A DNA stretch of 29,843 nucleotides from a virus. The stretch's first letter is position 1. The number at the start of each line of letters is the position of its first letter. The notes under the pieces are model-generated. The model was not told the DNA's origin. It saw only the letters and a program-made list of their open reading frames with translations, and ran no database searches. The DNA is taken from IMG/VR virus record IMGVR_UViG_3300045988_044226; one strand, given 5' to 3'. Shown here one piece after another: positions 1-7,776 of this stretch. A program made the translations under genes and the position numbers.

Positions 1-77
1 ATCCGACCGCCACGCCATCCGCTAGGTACTTGCCTACCTCGTCGCGCATGACCTTGGACGGCGAGGCGATGCCGAAG
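1..77. repeat. 77-bp terminal direct repeat, identical to 29767..29843; contig-end overlap of a circular or circularly permuted genome
   Basis: Positions 1..77 (atccgaccgccacgccatccgctagg...gcgaggcgatgccgaag) match the last 77 bases exactly. A 77-bp overlap is a common assembler k-mer size. Unit genome is about 29766 bp. Confidence 0.9.
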
Positions 78-1783
78 AAGCCCTTGATGCCGCTCACGAT
101 GTTGTTCGCGAAGCCCGAAATCTGGTTCATCAGCCACCCAGCGGCACCGCTGATGCCAGACCAGATGCCGTGAACGATGTCCGAGCCGACGGACATGACG
201 CGCCCAGCGAGGCCGGACAGTCCGCTCACGATGTTCGACACGAACTGGCTCGCCGCTTGGATTGCGGACGACGCGAAGCTCCCAACGAAGCTCGCTGCGC
301 TCGAAAGCGCGCTGCCGAGGAACGACGCTATCTGGCCGGGGATTCGGCCAGCCGCGCTCAGCATGTTGCTCACCGCGTTCGGAACGCTCACGGTGAAGAA
401 GCTCACCACGCTGGACACGAACCCGCTCACCGTGCTCAGCGCACCGTTGAACACGCTGACGATGCTGTTCCACAGGTTCTGGAAGAACCCTATGACGACT
501 CCGATTGCGTTCGGCACCGTGACCGTGAAGAAGTTCACGATTGCGTCGATGACGACCTGCGCCACCTGCTGAATCTGCTGGAACGCGCCCGTCACGAAGT
601 TTCGGAACGCCTCGCTGTTGTTCCAGAGACCGATTATCGCCACGACAAGACCAGCTATGAGCGTGACTATAAGCGCTATGGGGTTCGCGTTCATCACCAT
701 GTTCAGCAAGCCCTGCGCGGCGGCGGCGGCGTTGGTCGCCACGGTTTGAGCTGTTGTTGCAATCGTCGATGCGTTTAGCACGACGGCCAGCAGGCCTATC
801 GTCGTCACGATGCCCGCAAGTATCGGCGCGATTATCGGCAGGTTGGTCACGAACCACTGCACCGCAGGCTGCACGCCAGACAGCAGCATGGTCGCCACGT
901 TCGTAAGCCCGGTCACGATGGGCATGAACGCCTGCCCGAGCGACGACATCGCTGCGGTGAGGTCGCTCTGGCTCTGTCGGTACGCGATGACATCCGCGTT
1001 CGTCTGCTGGTACTGAGCGCCAGCCTCCGCGTACACGCCGTTCAGCGTGTCTGTGATAAGCTGCGCCCTCTCCTGCTCCGTGTTGCACGCGGCCAGCGCG
1101 GCGTTGAACGCGTCCTCCTGCGTCGCGCCGTCCGCGAGCGCGGAGTTGTACGCGTCAATCGCCGCTTGGTTTCCAGACAGCGCAACGCCCTGCTGCACCG
1201 CAGCCTCGCTCGCCCAGTTGATTGCGTCGGCGAGAGGGCCAGTCACCTGACCGACCTTCGCCGTCTCGTTCGCGGCCTCGGTCAATCCTTCCAGCGGCAG
1301 CGAGTCTCCGAACGTCGCGTACACGCCGCTCGCGATGTTCGTCCAGTCGCTCAGCGCCTGCGTGTTCTCGCCGCACAGCGCGAACAGGTGGTTCACCGCC
1401 TCCACCGACTGGTCTGTCTCTCCTAGGATGCCCACCATGTCTCGGTAGGCTCCGTTGGCCGCGTCGGTCGCCACGTTGTTCTGCTGCGCAGCGACCGACA
1501 GCTTGCCCATGTCCTCTTGGAACTCGTTCGTCACCGACACAAGCTCGCCGATTGACGCTGCCAGAGCGGCCACGGAGATTCCCGCGAGCACGCCCTTCAT
1601 CTTGTCGCCGAACGATTCTATGTTCGCGCCAGCCTTGTCGGCACCAGACTTCGACCCTTGGTCTAGGCCTTGCTCCAGACCGTCTCCAGCAGCGTCGCCC
1701 GCCGATGCTCCAGCCGCCTTCGCCTCCGACTTGATTCCGCCGTCGTCAAGCTCGATGCCGATTCTGATTGTTCCGTCCGCCAC
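1..1783 (-). CDS. tail tape measure protein, N-terminal and central part; the ORF continues across the contig junction into 29558..29766, about 664 codons in total
   Basis: The minus-strand frame is open from the GTG at 1783 down to position 1. An in-frame TGA lies just upstream at 1799-1801. The frame is continuous with the listed ORF 29558..29815 across the 77-bp overlap. The translation is rich in small residues (…ISGFANNIVSGIKGFFGIASPSK…), typical of tape measure proteins. Its position between the tail chaperones and Dit fits. It is absent from the ORF track because no stop falls inside the window. Confidence 0.6.
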   Translation of the reverse strand, partial: MADGTIRIGIELDDGGIKSEAKAAGASAGDAAGDGLEQGLDQGSKSGADKAGANIESFGDKMKGVLAGISVAALAASIGELVSVTNEFQEDMGKLSVAAQQNNVATDAANGAYRDMVGILGETDQSVEAVNHLFALCGENTQALSDWTNIASGVYATFGDSLPLEGLTEAANETAKVGQVTGPLADAINWASEAAVQQGVALSGNQAAIDAYNSALADGATQEDAFNAALAACNTEQERAQLITDTLNGVYAEAGAQYQQTNADVIAYRQSQSDLTAAMSSLGQAFMPIVTGLTNVATMLLSGVQPAVQWFVTNLPIIAPILAGIVTTIGLLAVVLNASTIATTAQTVATNAAAAAQGLLNMVMNANPIALIVTLIAGLVVAIIGLWNNSEAFRNFVTGAFQQIQQVAQVVIDAIVNFFTVTVPNAIGVVIGFFQNLWNSIVSVFNGALSTVSGFVSSVVSFFTVSVPNAVSNMLSAAGRIPGQIASFLGSALSSAASFVGSFASSAIQAASQFVSNIVSGLSGLAGRVMSVGSDIVHGIWSGISGAAGWLMNQISGFANNIVSGIKGFFGIASPSKVMRDEVGKYLADGVAVG

Positions 1784-1818
1784 GTTCGCCCCATTCCGTC
1801 AACGGGTGCGTTCCCTGC

Positions 1819-2370
1819 CTATGGGTACGAGATGTTCCCGAACGCCTTCTTCTGCCACTCGATTATAGCCTTTGACTCAGCGGTCTTCTTGGGCGGAAGC
1901 CTCCACATGCGCTGAGCCTCCTCGTACTGATTCTCCATCTTCTTCTTCGCGTCGTTCTTGTTCCAGCCGCGATAGCCCATTATCTCCGCCATCTTCGTCC
2001 CCTCGGGTAGGCTGCGGAACAGGGCTAGGAACACGTGCCAGTGCAGGCCTTCGACGGTCGCTAGGTTGATGCCGTACGCCTGCATGAACGAGCCGACGAG
2101 ATAGTCTCCGTCGAGGATGAAGTCGAACGTCTCCCGCGTCGCCTTTCCAGACTTCCTCGGGGTGGCGTTCTCCGACTGCGCGAACTCCAAGGCCGCTGTC
2201 ACCCACTCGGTGCCGTCTGGCCTCTCTCCCTTGAAGATGCAGTACGACGCGATGGCCTCCTCCTGATAGCAGCGAAGCCACTCAATCCACGTCCTGAAGT
2301 CCGTGTCCAAAGCAAAGAGCCTCCCGCCGACCTCTAGGCTGGCGGGAAGCTCGAATCGGAGGTCTATCAT
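1819..2370 (-). CDS. tail-assembly-region protein, Gp15-like; second chaperone-position ORF
   Basis: 183 aa, placed between the first chaperone ORF and the tape measure protein. The sequence pattern resembles the Bacteriophage Gp15 family. The start follows an in-frame TAG one codon upstream. Confidence 0.4.
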   Translation of the reverse strand: MIDLRFELPASLEVGGRLFALDTDFRTWIEWLRCYQEEAIASYCIFKGERPDGTEWVTAALEFAQSENATPRKSGKATRETFDFILDGDYLVGSFMQAYGINLATVEGLHWHVFLALFRSLPEGTKMAEIMGYRGWNKNDAKKKMENQYEEAQRMWRLPPKKTAESKAIIEWQKKAFGNISYP

Positions 2371-2373
2371 CGC

Positions 2374-2760
2374 CTATCTCACGGCCTTGAAGCCTTGGCG
2401 CGAGTTGCCCATGACGGCGAACTTGCCAACAGCGTCGGCAGCTCCGACGACGGGCTTCAGCGCCTTCATCTGCTCTGCGATTCCCTCCGCCTGAGCCTTG
2501 GCCGCTGGTGCAGCGTAGGAGTTCACGATTCCAACGTACACGACGTTCAGCGCAACGAGGTCGATGTCCTCGATGCCCTCTCCGTCGAGCGCCTGTGCGG
2601 CGTACTCCTCGCCGCACACCTCCTTGACGAACTCGTACTGCAAGCGGTATCGCTCTCGGTTCGACTGCGCCGCGCTCACTTCGTCAATCTTGTCGCTGAT
2701 GCCCAGCGTCAGCTTCGGAAGCTCCACTGCGTTGCCCTTGGTGTCTCGATACGTGACCAT
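2374..2760 (-). CDS. tail assembly chaperone, gpG-like
   Basis: 128 aa acidic protein immediately downstream of the major tail protein gene, the usual place for a tail chaperone. Confidence 0.45.
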   Translation of the reverse strand: MVTYRDTKGNAVELPKLTLGISDKIDEVSAAQSNRERYRLQYEFVKEVCGEEYAAQALDGEGIEDIDLVALNVVYVGIVNSYAAPAAKAQAEGIAEQMKALKPVVGAADAVGKFAVMGNSRQGFKAVR

Positions 2761-2775
2761 CTTTCCCTACCTTTC

Positions 2776-2812
2776 AACGAAAAAGCCGTGACGCTCGATT
2801 GCGCCACGGCTC
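2776..2812 (-). terminator. rho-independent terminator after the major tail protein gene
   Basis: Minus strand reads GCCGTGGCGCAATCGAGCGTCACGGC followed by TTTTTCGTTG. The hairpin-plus-U-run arrangement matches the differential expression usually seen after major tail protein genes. Confidence 0.45.
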
Positions 2813-2882
2813 ATTCTACCACGCTATCCCCTGCCGACTACAGCCTCGCCGACCTTGGCGGAACCGACCCTCGCGGTTCCCT

Positions 2883-3377
2883 CTACGCTTTTGGGACGAA
2901 CTTCACGTCCTCGGTGCCGAGGCCAGTCACGGTGCCCTCAACGGGGTCGCCGTTCAGGCTGATGGTGAACGTCAGGATGCCGTCAACGGTGTTCAGCGTG
3001 TCTCCAACGACGGTCGCCTCCTGCCACATGAGCGCCTTTGTGGCCTCCCCAGTCTCCACGTCGGGTCGCACGAACAGGAACGGAACCTTGGCCGCGCTGC
3101 CCACGGGGAACGAGTTCAGGTATTCGTCCATGAACTTGTACAGCGGGTTGTCGCTCTCCAGCGCGATTTCCTGCGGAAGCTCGGGGGCGTAACCCGTCAC
3201 CTCGTTCGTGTCGTTCTTGAAGCAGATGTACGACTTCGTCTCGGTGTTGGGGTTGTAAGCCAGCTCGAACTGCGTTGACAGGTCGATGGGCACCCACTTG
3301 AATGTGCCCTCGCCAGCGCTCGCTCCCTTCAGCGTGTCGATGAGCGGTACGAACAGGTTTCGCGTCAACTGTGCCAT
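2883..3377 (-). CDS. major tail protein
   Basis: The start is taken at the internal ATG at 3377 (MAQLTRNLFVPLIDTLKG…), which abuts the upstream gene stop at 3380. About 165 aa. The position and the beta-rich sequence are typical of siphovirus major tail proteins. Confidence 0.55.
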   Translation of the reverse strand: MAQLTRNLFVPLIDTLKGASAGEGTFKWVPIDLSTQFELAYNPNTETKSYICFKNDTNEVTGYAPELPQEIALESDNPLYKFMDEYLNSFPVGSAAKVPFLFVRPDVETGEATKALMWQEATVVGDTLNTVDGILTFTISLNGDPVEGTVTGLGTEDVKFVPKA

Positions 3378-3379
3378 TT

Positions 3380-3817
3380 CTACTCCTTCTCCCAGTACGT
3401 GATGCGTGCTTGGAACATGTACCTCGCAAGCTGCTCCTCCTGATAGGTCGCGGCCAGCGACGGGATGTTCTGGAGCGATTCTATCGCCCTGATTGTACAC
3501 TTATCGCCGAAATCTGGCACGTTCCCAGCCTTGAACTGCGCGTCGCACCAGTCGAGCCACATCTCGCCCCACGCCTCGGCCTCCGCGTTCACCGTGTCGA
3601 ACCCAGACGACCAGTCGCAGACCATCACGAGCGCGAACGTGAACTGCCGCTCCACGGTGCCGTTGATGAACTCCCGCACCTTCGCGTCGTTGTACACGGT
3701 GTTCACCGTGCGCTCGCCTGCGGTCAGCTCCGTCGCGTTGAGCTTCAGGTACCCGTCAAGCTCTGGGTACGTCCTCAGCCACTCCACGACCGCTTCGGTC
3801 TTGCCGTGCATCCCCAT
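3380..3817 (-). CDS. tail completion or tail terminator-like structural protein
   Basis: Start at the internal ATG at 3817 (MGMHGKTEAVVEWL…), adjacent to the stop of the 3822..4160 ORF. Gene-order position is just upstream of the major tail protein. Confidence 0.35.
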   Translation of the reverse strand: MGMHGKTEAVVEWLRTYPELDGYLKLNATELTAGERTVNTVYNDAKVREFINGTVERQFTFALVMVCDWSSGFDTVNAEAEAWGEMWLDWCDAQFKAGNVPDFGDKCTIRAIESLQNIPSLAATYQEEQLARYMFQARITYWEKE

Positions 3818-3821
3818 CGAA

Positions 3822-4160
3822 TCACCTCCCGAGGTACGCCGTCGCGGCTCGCGCCAGCTCCTGCCCGTGGGCTGCTGCGTAAGCCCTGTCCCACTCAGCC
3901 GTAGCAAGCGAGTGCCGCTCCTTGGAGAACGTAAGCGACGTGCCGTGGTAGATGCGCCTAGCGTAAGACGTGCTGTACGTCACCGCGAACGGCTCGGCCT
4001 TCGCGGAAGCGTCGAGGTAGCCGTTCCTGAACGGAACGTACGGGGACATGCCCCTCATCGCCTCGGTCGCCATGAACAAGCCCAAGCCATCGTCCGACTT
4101 GATTCTATCGACCTTGCGCGGAATCCCGTCGAGGTCTAGCGTCACCGTAGCCACGCGCAC
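3822..4160 (-). CDS. head-tail joining or minor structural protein
   Basis: 112 aa with a GTG start preceded by GAAGAGAGGAGG. First gene downstream of the locus A repeat element. Confidence 0.35.
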   Translation of the reverse strand: MRVATVTLDLDGIPRKVDRIKSDDGLGLFMATEAMRGMSPYVPFRNGYLDASAKAEPFAVTYSTSYARRIYHGTSLTFSKERHSLATAEWDRAYAAAHGQELARAATAYLGR

Positions 4161-4165
4161 GCGCC

Positions 4166-4444
4166 TCCTCTCTTCTTAACTAAACTAACCTAAACTAAAC
4201 TAAACTAATCTAAACTAGCAGTCATTTTGCAAGCAGTTGCAAGCAGTTTGCAAGCAGTTTGCGTGCAGTTTGTAAACACCGAGGTAGACGCTAGTTTCTT
4301 CTATCTTTCAGCCAGGTTCTTAGGCCGAAATAAGCCAACATACAGATTGCAAGCAGAACGTCTGCAAACGCTTGCAGAGTGCTTGCAACCTGCTTGCAGA
4401 GTGCTTGCAACCTGCTTGCAACCTGCTTGCAACCTGCTTGCAGA
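4166..4444. repeat. non-coding iteron cluster (locus A): 5-bp TAAAC tandem repeats (4166-4215), four to five direct 10/11-bp TTGCAAGCAG units (4226-4278), a spacer of about 65 bp, then seven inverted 11-bp GCTTGCA(ACCT/GAGT) units (4346-4444)
   Basis: Read directly in the sequence. The units have 11-bp periodicity, lie in opposite orientation on either side of a lower-GC spacer, and share the core ctaaactagcag + tttgcaagc + cgtgcagtttg with locus B inside the rep gene. Confidence 0.8.
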
Positions 4445-4455
4445 ACGCACGCACG

Positions 4456-4932
4456 CTACACCCCCTCGGCATAGACGACGCTCGCGTACTTCAGGCACCC
4501 GACCTCCGGCGCGGACACAGCGCCGTTGTTGCGGAGGTCGCGGAACGCCGTCACCTCGCAGTGCGGCTTGCCATCCACGGCGGCGATTACTTCTTGGCGC
4601 GTCAGATCGCCCTGTACGGCCACGGAACCCTCCATCATGTAGTCGTGTAGGGATAGCGTGTAAACGCCCGCTGTAGCGCCTTCTACGGCCTCAGAGACCC
4701 ATTCCCGATAGGGTTTGAAGGTCGCTGTTCCGTCTGGCACCTGAACCTTGACCGTTCGCTTGAAGTGCACCGTGCCGTCAGCGTCGGTCGTGCGCGTCAT
4801 CGTCTCAGCCCACAGCGCTGGATGCAGAACGAGGGGACGGTACGTGTCCGCCCCCTCGCCCGAATCCTTGGCGCTGATGCGGTTGAACACGGTCACTGTG
4901 CTGTCGAGCAGCCCGTCAACGTCGATGTTCAC
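4456..4932 (-). CDS. head completion or stopper-like structural protein
   Basis: 158 aa, placed between the head-tail connector and the tail genes. Confidence 0.35.
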   Translation of the reverse strand: MNIDVDGLLDSTVTVFNRISAKDSGEGADTYRPLVLHPALWAETMTRTTDADGTVHFKRTVKVQVPDGTATFKPYREWVSEAVEGATAGVYTLSLHDYMMEGSVAVQGDLTRQEVIAAVDGKPHCEVTAFRDLRNNGAVSAPEVGCLKYASVVYAEGV

Positions 4933-4942
4933 ACCGCACCTC

Positions 4943-5347
4943 CTAACGCGCGTCGTTGTACGCCACGCAGGCGCTCACAAGCTCCACGGGCAGCATCCTG
5001 CACACCTCGTGGTATGCGGATGCCTCCGCAGCCGTGGTCTCGCTCGAAGCCCCGCCGCCGAACGAGAACGAGTTCACGCCGTTGTTGAAGCTCGTCACCT
5101 CGGTGCCCTCGGACTTCGCCTTGCGTGCCTTCTCGATGCCCTGCATCTGGTCAACGAGCCAAGCCATCGCGACCTTGACCTTCTGGTACTCGCCCATCTG
5201 CTCCAAGTCCGCGACGACCCTCTCGGACTTCAGGCGGTTGAGCGTCCAGCTGTCGAGCAGCATTTCAGCCCTCGGCTCGGCGGTGGCGAAATCCTTCTCG
5301 TCGAGCGTCCCGCCAAGCTCCCTGTACTCCTCGTAGGTCACGTACAC
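4943..5347 (-). CDS. head-tail connector protein (gp15/gp6-like)
   Basis: The N-terminus MYVTYEEYRELGG is typical of head-tail connector or DNA-packaging proteins of Gram-positive siphophages. Position is downstream of the capsid gene. Confidence 0.5.
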   Translation of the reverse strand: MYVTYEEYRELGGTLDEKDFATAEPRAEMLLDSWTLNRLKSERVVADLEQMGEYQKVKVAMAWLVDQMQGIEKARKAKSEGTEVTSFNNGVNSFSFGGGASSETTAAEASAYHEVCRMLPVELVSACVAYNDAR

Positions 5348-5357
5348 TGCGCTTCAC

Positions 5358-5639
5358 CTACCCCTGCGCAGGGATGACCCCATCGGCGACCTTCGCCGCC
5401 GTGACGGCCTTGTCCTGAATGTTCGCGGTGGCGACGGCGTTCGTTCCAATCTTGCCCGCGCCGACAGCCGACGCGCCGATTTTCGCGGACGTGACGGCAC
5501 CGTCGGCGATGTTGCTCGTGCCGATGGCACCTTCTGCGGACAGAGCCGCGAGCTGGTTCTCGATTGCGTTCAGGCGCTCGGCGGTGATGACTTCCCCGTC
5601 CTTCCACTGGTGCGCGGTGTACTCAGGTGCTGTTGCCAT
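5358..5639 (-). CDS. small protein with tail-fibre-like repeats, possibly a capsid decoration protein
   Basis: The start is taken at the second ATG (MATAPEY…), which has a GGAGAGAGAA RBS. The sequence repeats DGAVTSAKIGASAVGAGKIGTNAVATANIQDKAVTAAKV, resembling phage fibre repeat motifs. Confidence 0.45.
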   Translation of the reverse strand: MATAPEYTAHQWKDGEVITAERLNAIENQLAALSAEGAIGTSNIADGAVTSAKIGASAVGAGKIGTNAVATANIQDKAVTAAKVADGVIPAQG

Positions 5640-5657
5640 TTCTCTCTCCAATCAACG

Positions 5658-5728
5658 AGGGGCTGAGGTCGCCCGACCCCAGCCCCTAACTGCTACTCTG
5701 TCCCGACCTTGGCTGTCCCGACCTTGGC
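5658..5728 (-). promoter_or_regulatory. hairpin GGGGCTG…CAGCCCC plus two tandem 16-bp repeats (ctgtcccgaccttggc) downstream of the capsid gene; candidate attenuator or processing element
   Basis: Inverted repeat at 5658-5686 and tandem direct repeats at 5697-5728. The motif CCGACCTTGGC recurs after the major tail protein gene at 2844-2856. Confidence 0.4.
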
Positions 5729-5769
5729 CGAGCCGACTTTCGCCGTGGCTGGGCTAGGCTGCTCCCCCG

Positions 5770-6633
5770 CTAAAAAACCACCGTCGCGACGGCGACGACC
5801 TGCGGGCGCAGAACCTTAGCGCCGTAGACGTGCAGACCCTTGACTGCATCGGCGAAGCGCTTCTCGGGGCGGTACGCCTCGGTCTTCAGAATCTGCTGCG
5901 CGAACGTGCCCTGAATCGGGGACGAACCCACGATGGAGAACACGGTCGTGGAGCCAGAGCCGCCGTCGGTCTCGGACGGCACGTTGTTGGACGTGCGAAT
6001 CTCAAAGCCAGCTGCGCGGTAAACGGTGCCCTCGGTGAGTCGGTCTTGCGACGCGTCCACGGGCACTGCCACGAAGCGCGGGTCGAGCAGCATGAAGCCC
6101 TCGAACTCGGGCGGGACGACGACCTTGCGCTCCTGCTTGGGCAGGTTGGCCTTGTCCAGCGCCGTCTTCATCTTGACAAGCGTCTCGTACGCGTTGTCGG
6201 CGGTGATGGTGATAGGCGTTGACTTGGTGCCCAAGCCAGTCTTTACGGTGCCGCTCGTGGCGAGCAGGTTGCCGAGGTACTGGTCGCAGACATCGGCGAA
6301 ACCGTATCCCGCACGCTGGGTGGCGGTGTCGAGCAGGGAAATCTTGCTCTGCACCTCGTTCACGTCGCAGACGCTGATGTTGAAGTACTTCGACTGGTCG
6401 ATTTCGAGCGTCAGGTCTTCGACCTTAACGTCGTCGGGCGCTGCGATGTCGGTATCGCACTTGAAGTCCTTGATGGTCACGTCTCCGACCTGGGCGATGT
6501 GGACGGTATCGCCCGCCTCGGCAATCTCGCCCTCGTAGTCGGTGTTGAACAGGCCAGCGTAGACAAGCTCCTTGTCCAGCGCCTCCAGAATCTTCGCAGA
6601 CCAAACCTGCGGGATGAAGTAGTTGGTAGCCAT
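5770..6633 (-). CDS. major capsid protein
   Basis: 287 aa. The N-terminus MATNYFIPQVWSAKILEALDKELVYAG… resembles major capsid proteins of SPP1-like and lactococcal siphoviruses. It directly follows the scaffold gene. Confidence 0.6.
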   Translation of the reverse strand: MATNYFIPQVWSAKILEALDKELVYAGLFNTDYEGEIAEAGDTVHIAQVGDVTIKDFKCDTDIAAPDDVKVEDLTLEIDQSKYFNISVCDVNEVQSKISLLDTATQRAGYGFADVCDQYLGNLLATSGTVKTGLGTKSTPITITADNAYETLVKMKTALDKANLPKQERKVVVPPEFEGFMLLDPRFVAVPVDASQDRLTEGTVYRAAGFEIRTSNNVPSETDGGSGSTTVFSIVGSSPIQGTFAQQILKTEAYRPEKRFADAVKGLHVYGAKVLRPQVVAVATVVF

Positions 6634-6646
6634 CGCTACTCCTCTC

Positions 6647-7279
6647 TTACTTCTGGTTCGACAGAACCTTGTTTACCTCGTCCATGTGGGCGCGAATCTC
6701 CTCGACGGACATGCCCTTCAGGTCTTCGATGTTCTGGATGGTCTGGGTTCCAGCCGCAGAGCCGCCGTTCCCGCTCGCTGCGGGCATCTTCTTGACGGTC
6801 TGCTGCGGGTTCTGCCAGACACCCTCCGCATCGCCGACGATGCCGCCCAGAATCGCGGCAACGTCCATGTCGGGGTTCGCCTTGGCGATTGCGTACGCCT
6901 TGTCGGCAACGGCACCGCGCACGATGTCGTTCACGAACTGCTTGTCGCCTACCGTCTTGACGAACTTCTCGTCGAACTCCTGACGAGCCTTCTCCTCCTC
7001 GGTCTGAGCCTTGCGCTCCTCGTCCGCCTTCTCGTAGGCGGCAATCTTGTCGCGCATGGCCTGAACCTCGTCGGCGTTGCTCACGTCGGCGTTCTTCGCA
7101 GCCTCCAGCGCCTCGTTGGCGGTCGCCAGCTGCTGCTCCAGCTCGCTGATTCGGCTCTGCTTGTTCTCGACCTCGGCCACCGTGCGGTAGTTCTCCAGCA
7201 CGGCCTTCTCCAAGTCGCCCAGCTTCGCCTCGTCAAGCTCGATTCCAAGCTCCCCGATGATGTCCTTGATGTTCTTCAC
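6647..7279 (-). CDS. capsid scaffolding protein
   Basis: 210 aa, strongly charged and coiled-coil (EELEQQLATANEALEAAKNAD…). GTG start with a GGAG RBS. Sits upstream of the capsid gene. Confidence 0.6.
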   Translation of the reverse strand: MKNIKDIIGELGIELDEAKLGDLEKAVLENYRTVAEVENKQSRISELEQQLATANEALEAAKNADVSNADEVQAMRDKIAAYEKADEERKAQTEEEKARQEFDEKFVKTVGDKQFVNDIVRGAVADKAYAIAKANPDMDVAAILGGIVGDAEGVWQNPQQTVKKMPAASGNGGSAAGTQTIQNIEDLKGMSVEEIRAHMDEVNKVLSNQK

Positions 7280-7364
7280 TGCCCAACTCCGTTCTAAAGT
7301 CGCTTCTTAACCGCCCCTTCGGCGGTGGGAACGTGCCGAGTTCAAGCACCCGGCTGCTTTCCGC

Positions 7365-7376
7365 ATGATAGCACAA
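7365..7376 (-). promoter_or_regulatory. late-type extended -10 promoter (TTGTGCTATCAT) upstream of the scaffold and capsid genes
   Basis: Minus strand reads TGcTATCAT, the same TGnTATNAT pattern as the elements at 13554-13562 and 25101-25109. Confidence 0.35.
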
Positions 7377-7433
7377 CGTGCTGCCGTCTACGCCTCCCCG
7401 TCCGCCTGTCTGGGTGTTTGGTGCCGAGTGCGC

Positions 7434-7706
7434 TCAATCTCCCCGTACACGCCGTTTCACGGCCTCTTGGAGCACCCTCCGCTGCTTCTGTGATAGCCAG
7501 TTCTCGTCAACCAGCCACTCGTCGGCATCCCGGTCGTACAACGCACACAGCCCAGTGCCCAGCAGCTCGCTGTGCGGCCACGTCTCGCCAGCGAGCGCCA
7601 GAACCCCGTCGAGTTCAGACCGATACACGGCGACGCGCCCCGCCCGAATGGCTCGGGAGAGACGCGCCGCGTCCTGCATCGCTCGCTCGTACGTGTAAGC
7701 CCGCAT
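7434..7706 (-). CDS. hypothetical protein
   Basis: ORF between the minor head protein and scaffold genes. Internal start at MRAYTYERAM…. The N-terminal extension of the listed ORF overlaps the neighbouring gene and is arginine-rich. Confidence 0.3.
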   Translation of the reverse strand: MRAYTYERAMQDAARLSRAIRAGRVAVYRSELDGVLALAGETWPHSELLGTGLCALYDRDADEWLVDENWLSQKQRRVLQEAVKRRVRGD

Positions 7707-7776
7707 CAGTCGGTGTGGATGGTCACGGTGCTGCCGCTCGGCCAATCTCCTCGACGTGCTTCTTGCCGTCGGTCTC

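Noticed and set aside
1-77. Terminal 77-bp direct repeat as a biological DTR or cos site
   Set aside because: The repeat is an exact duplicate of the other contig end, with a length equal to a common assembler k-mer. It falls inside the tape measure coding sequence, which reads through it in frame. It is more simply an assembly overlap of a circular or permuted sequence.
170-1868. Plus-strand ORFs (170..778, 177..572, 1222..1734, 1455..1868 and others) covering the start of the window
   Set aside because: They lie antisense to a continuous minus-strand tape-measure reading frame. They are Arg/Ala/Pro/Ser-rich low-complexity translations typical of spurious ORFs in high-GC DNA, and they lack RBS-like context.
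1861-1870. attatagcc inside the Gp15-like gene as a fourth late promoter
   Set aside because: It lacks the TG of the extended -10 motif and lies inside a coding sequence with no adjacent hairpin. It is probably a chance match.
4346-4444. Possible CRISPR array suggested by the regular 11-bp tandem units
   Set aside because: The units are only 10-11 bp and directly abut one another with no unique spacers of about 30 bp. They are repeated in inverted orientation around a spacer and shared with the rep-gene internal repeats. This looks like iterons or an origin, not CRISPR.
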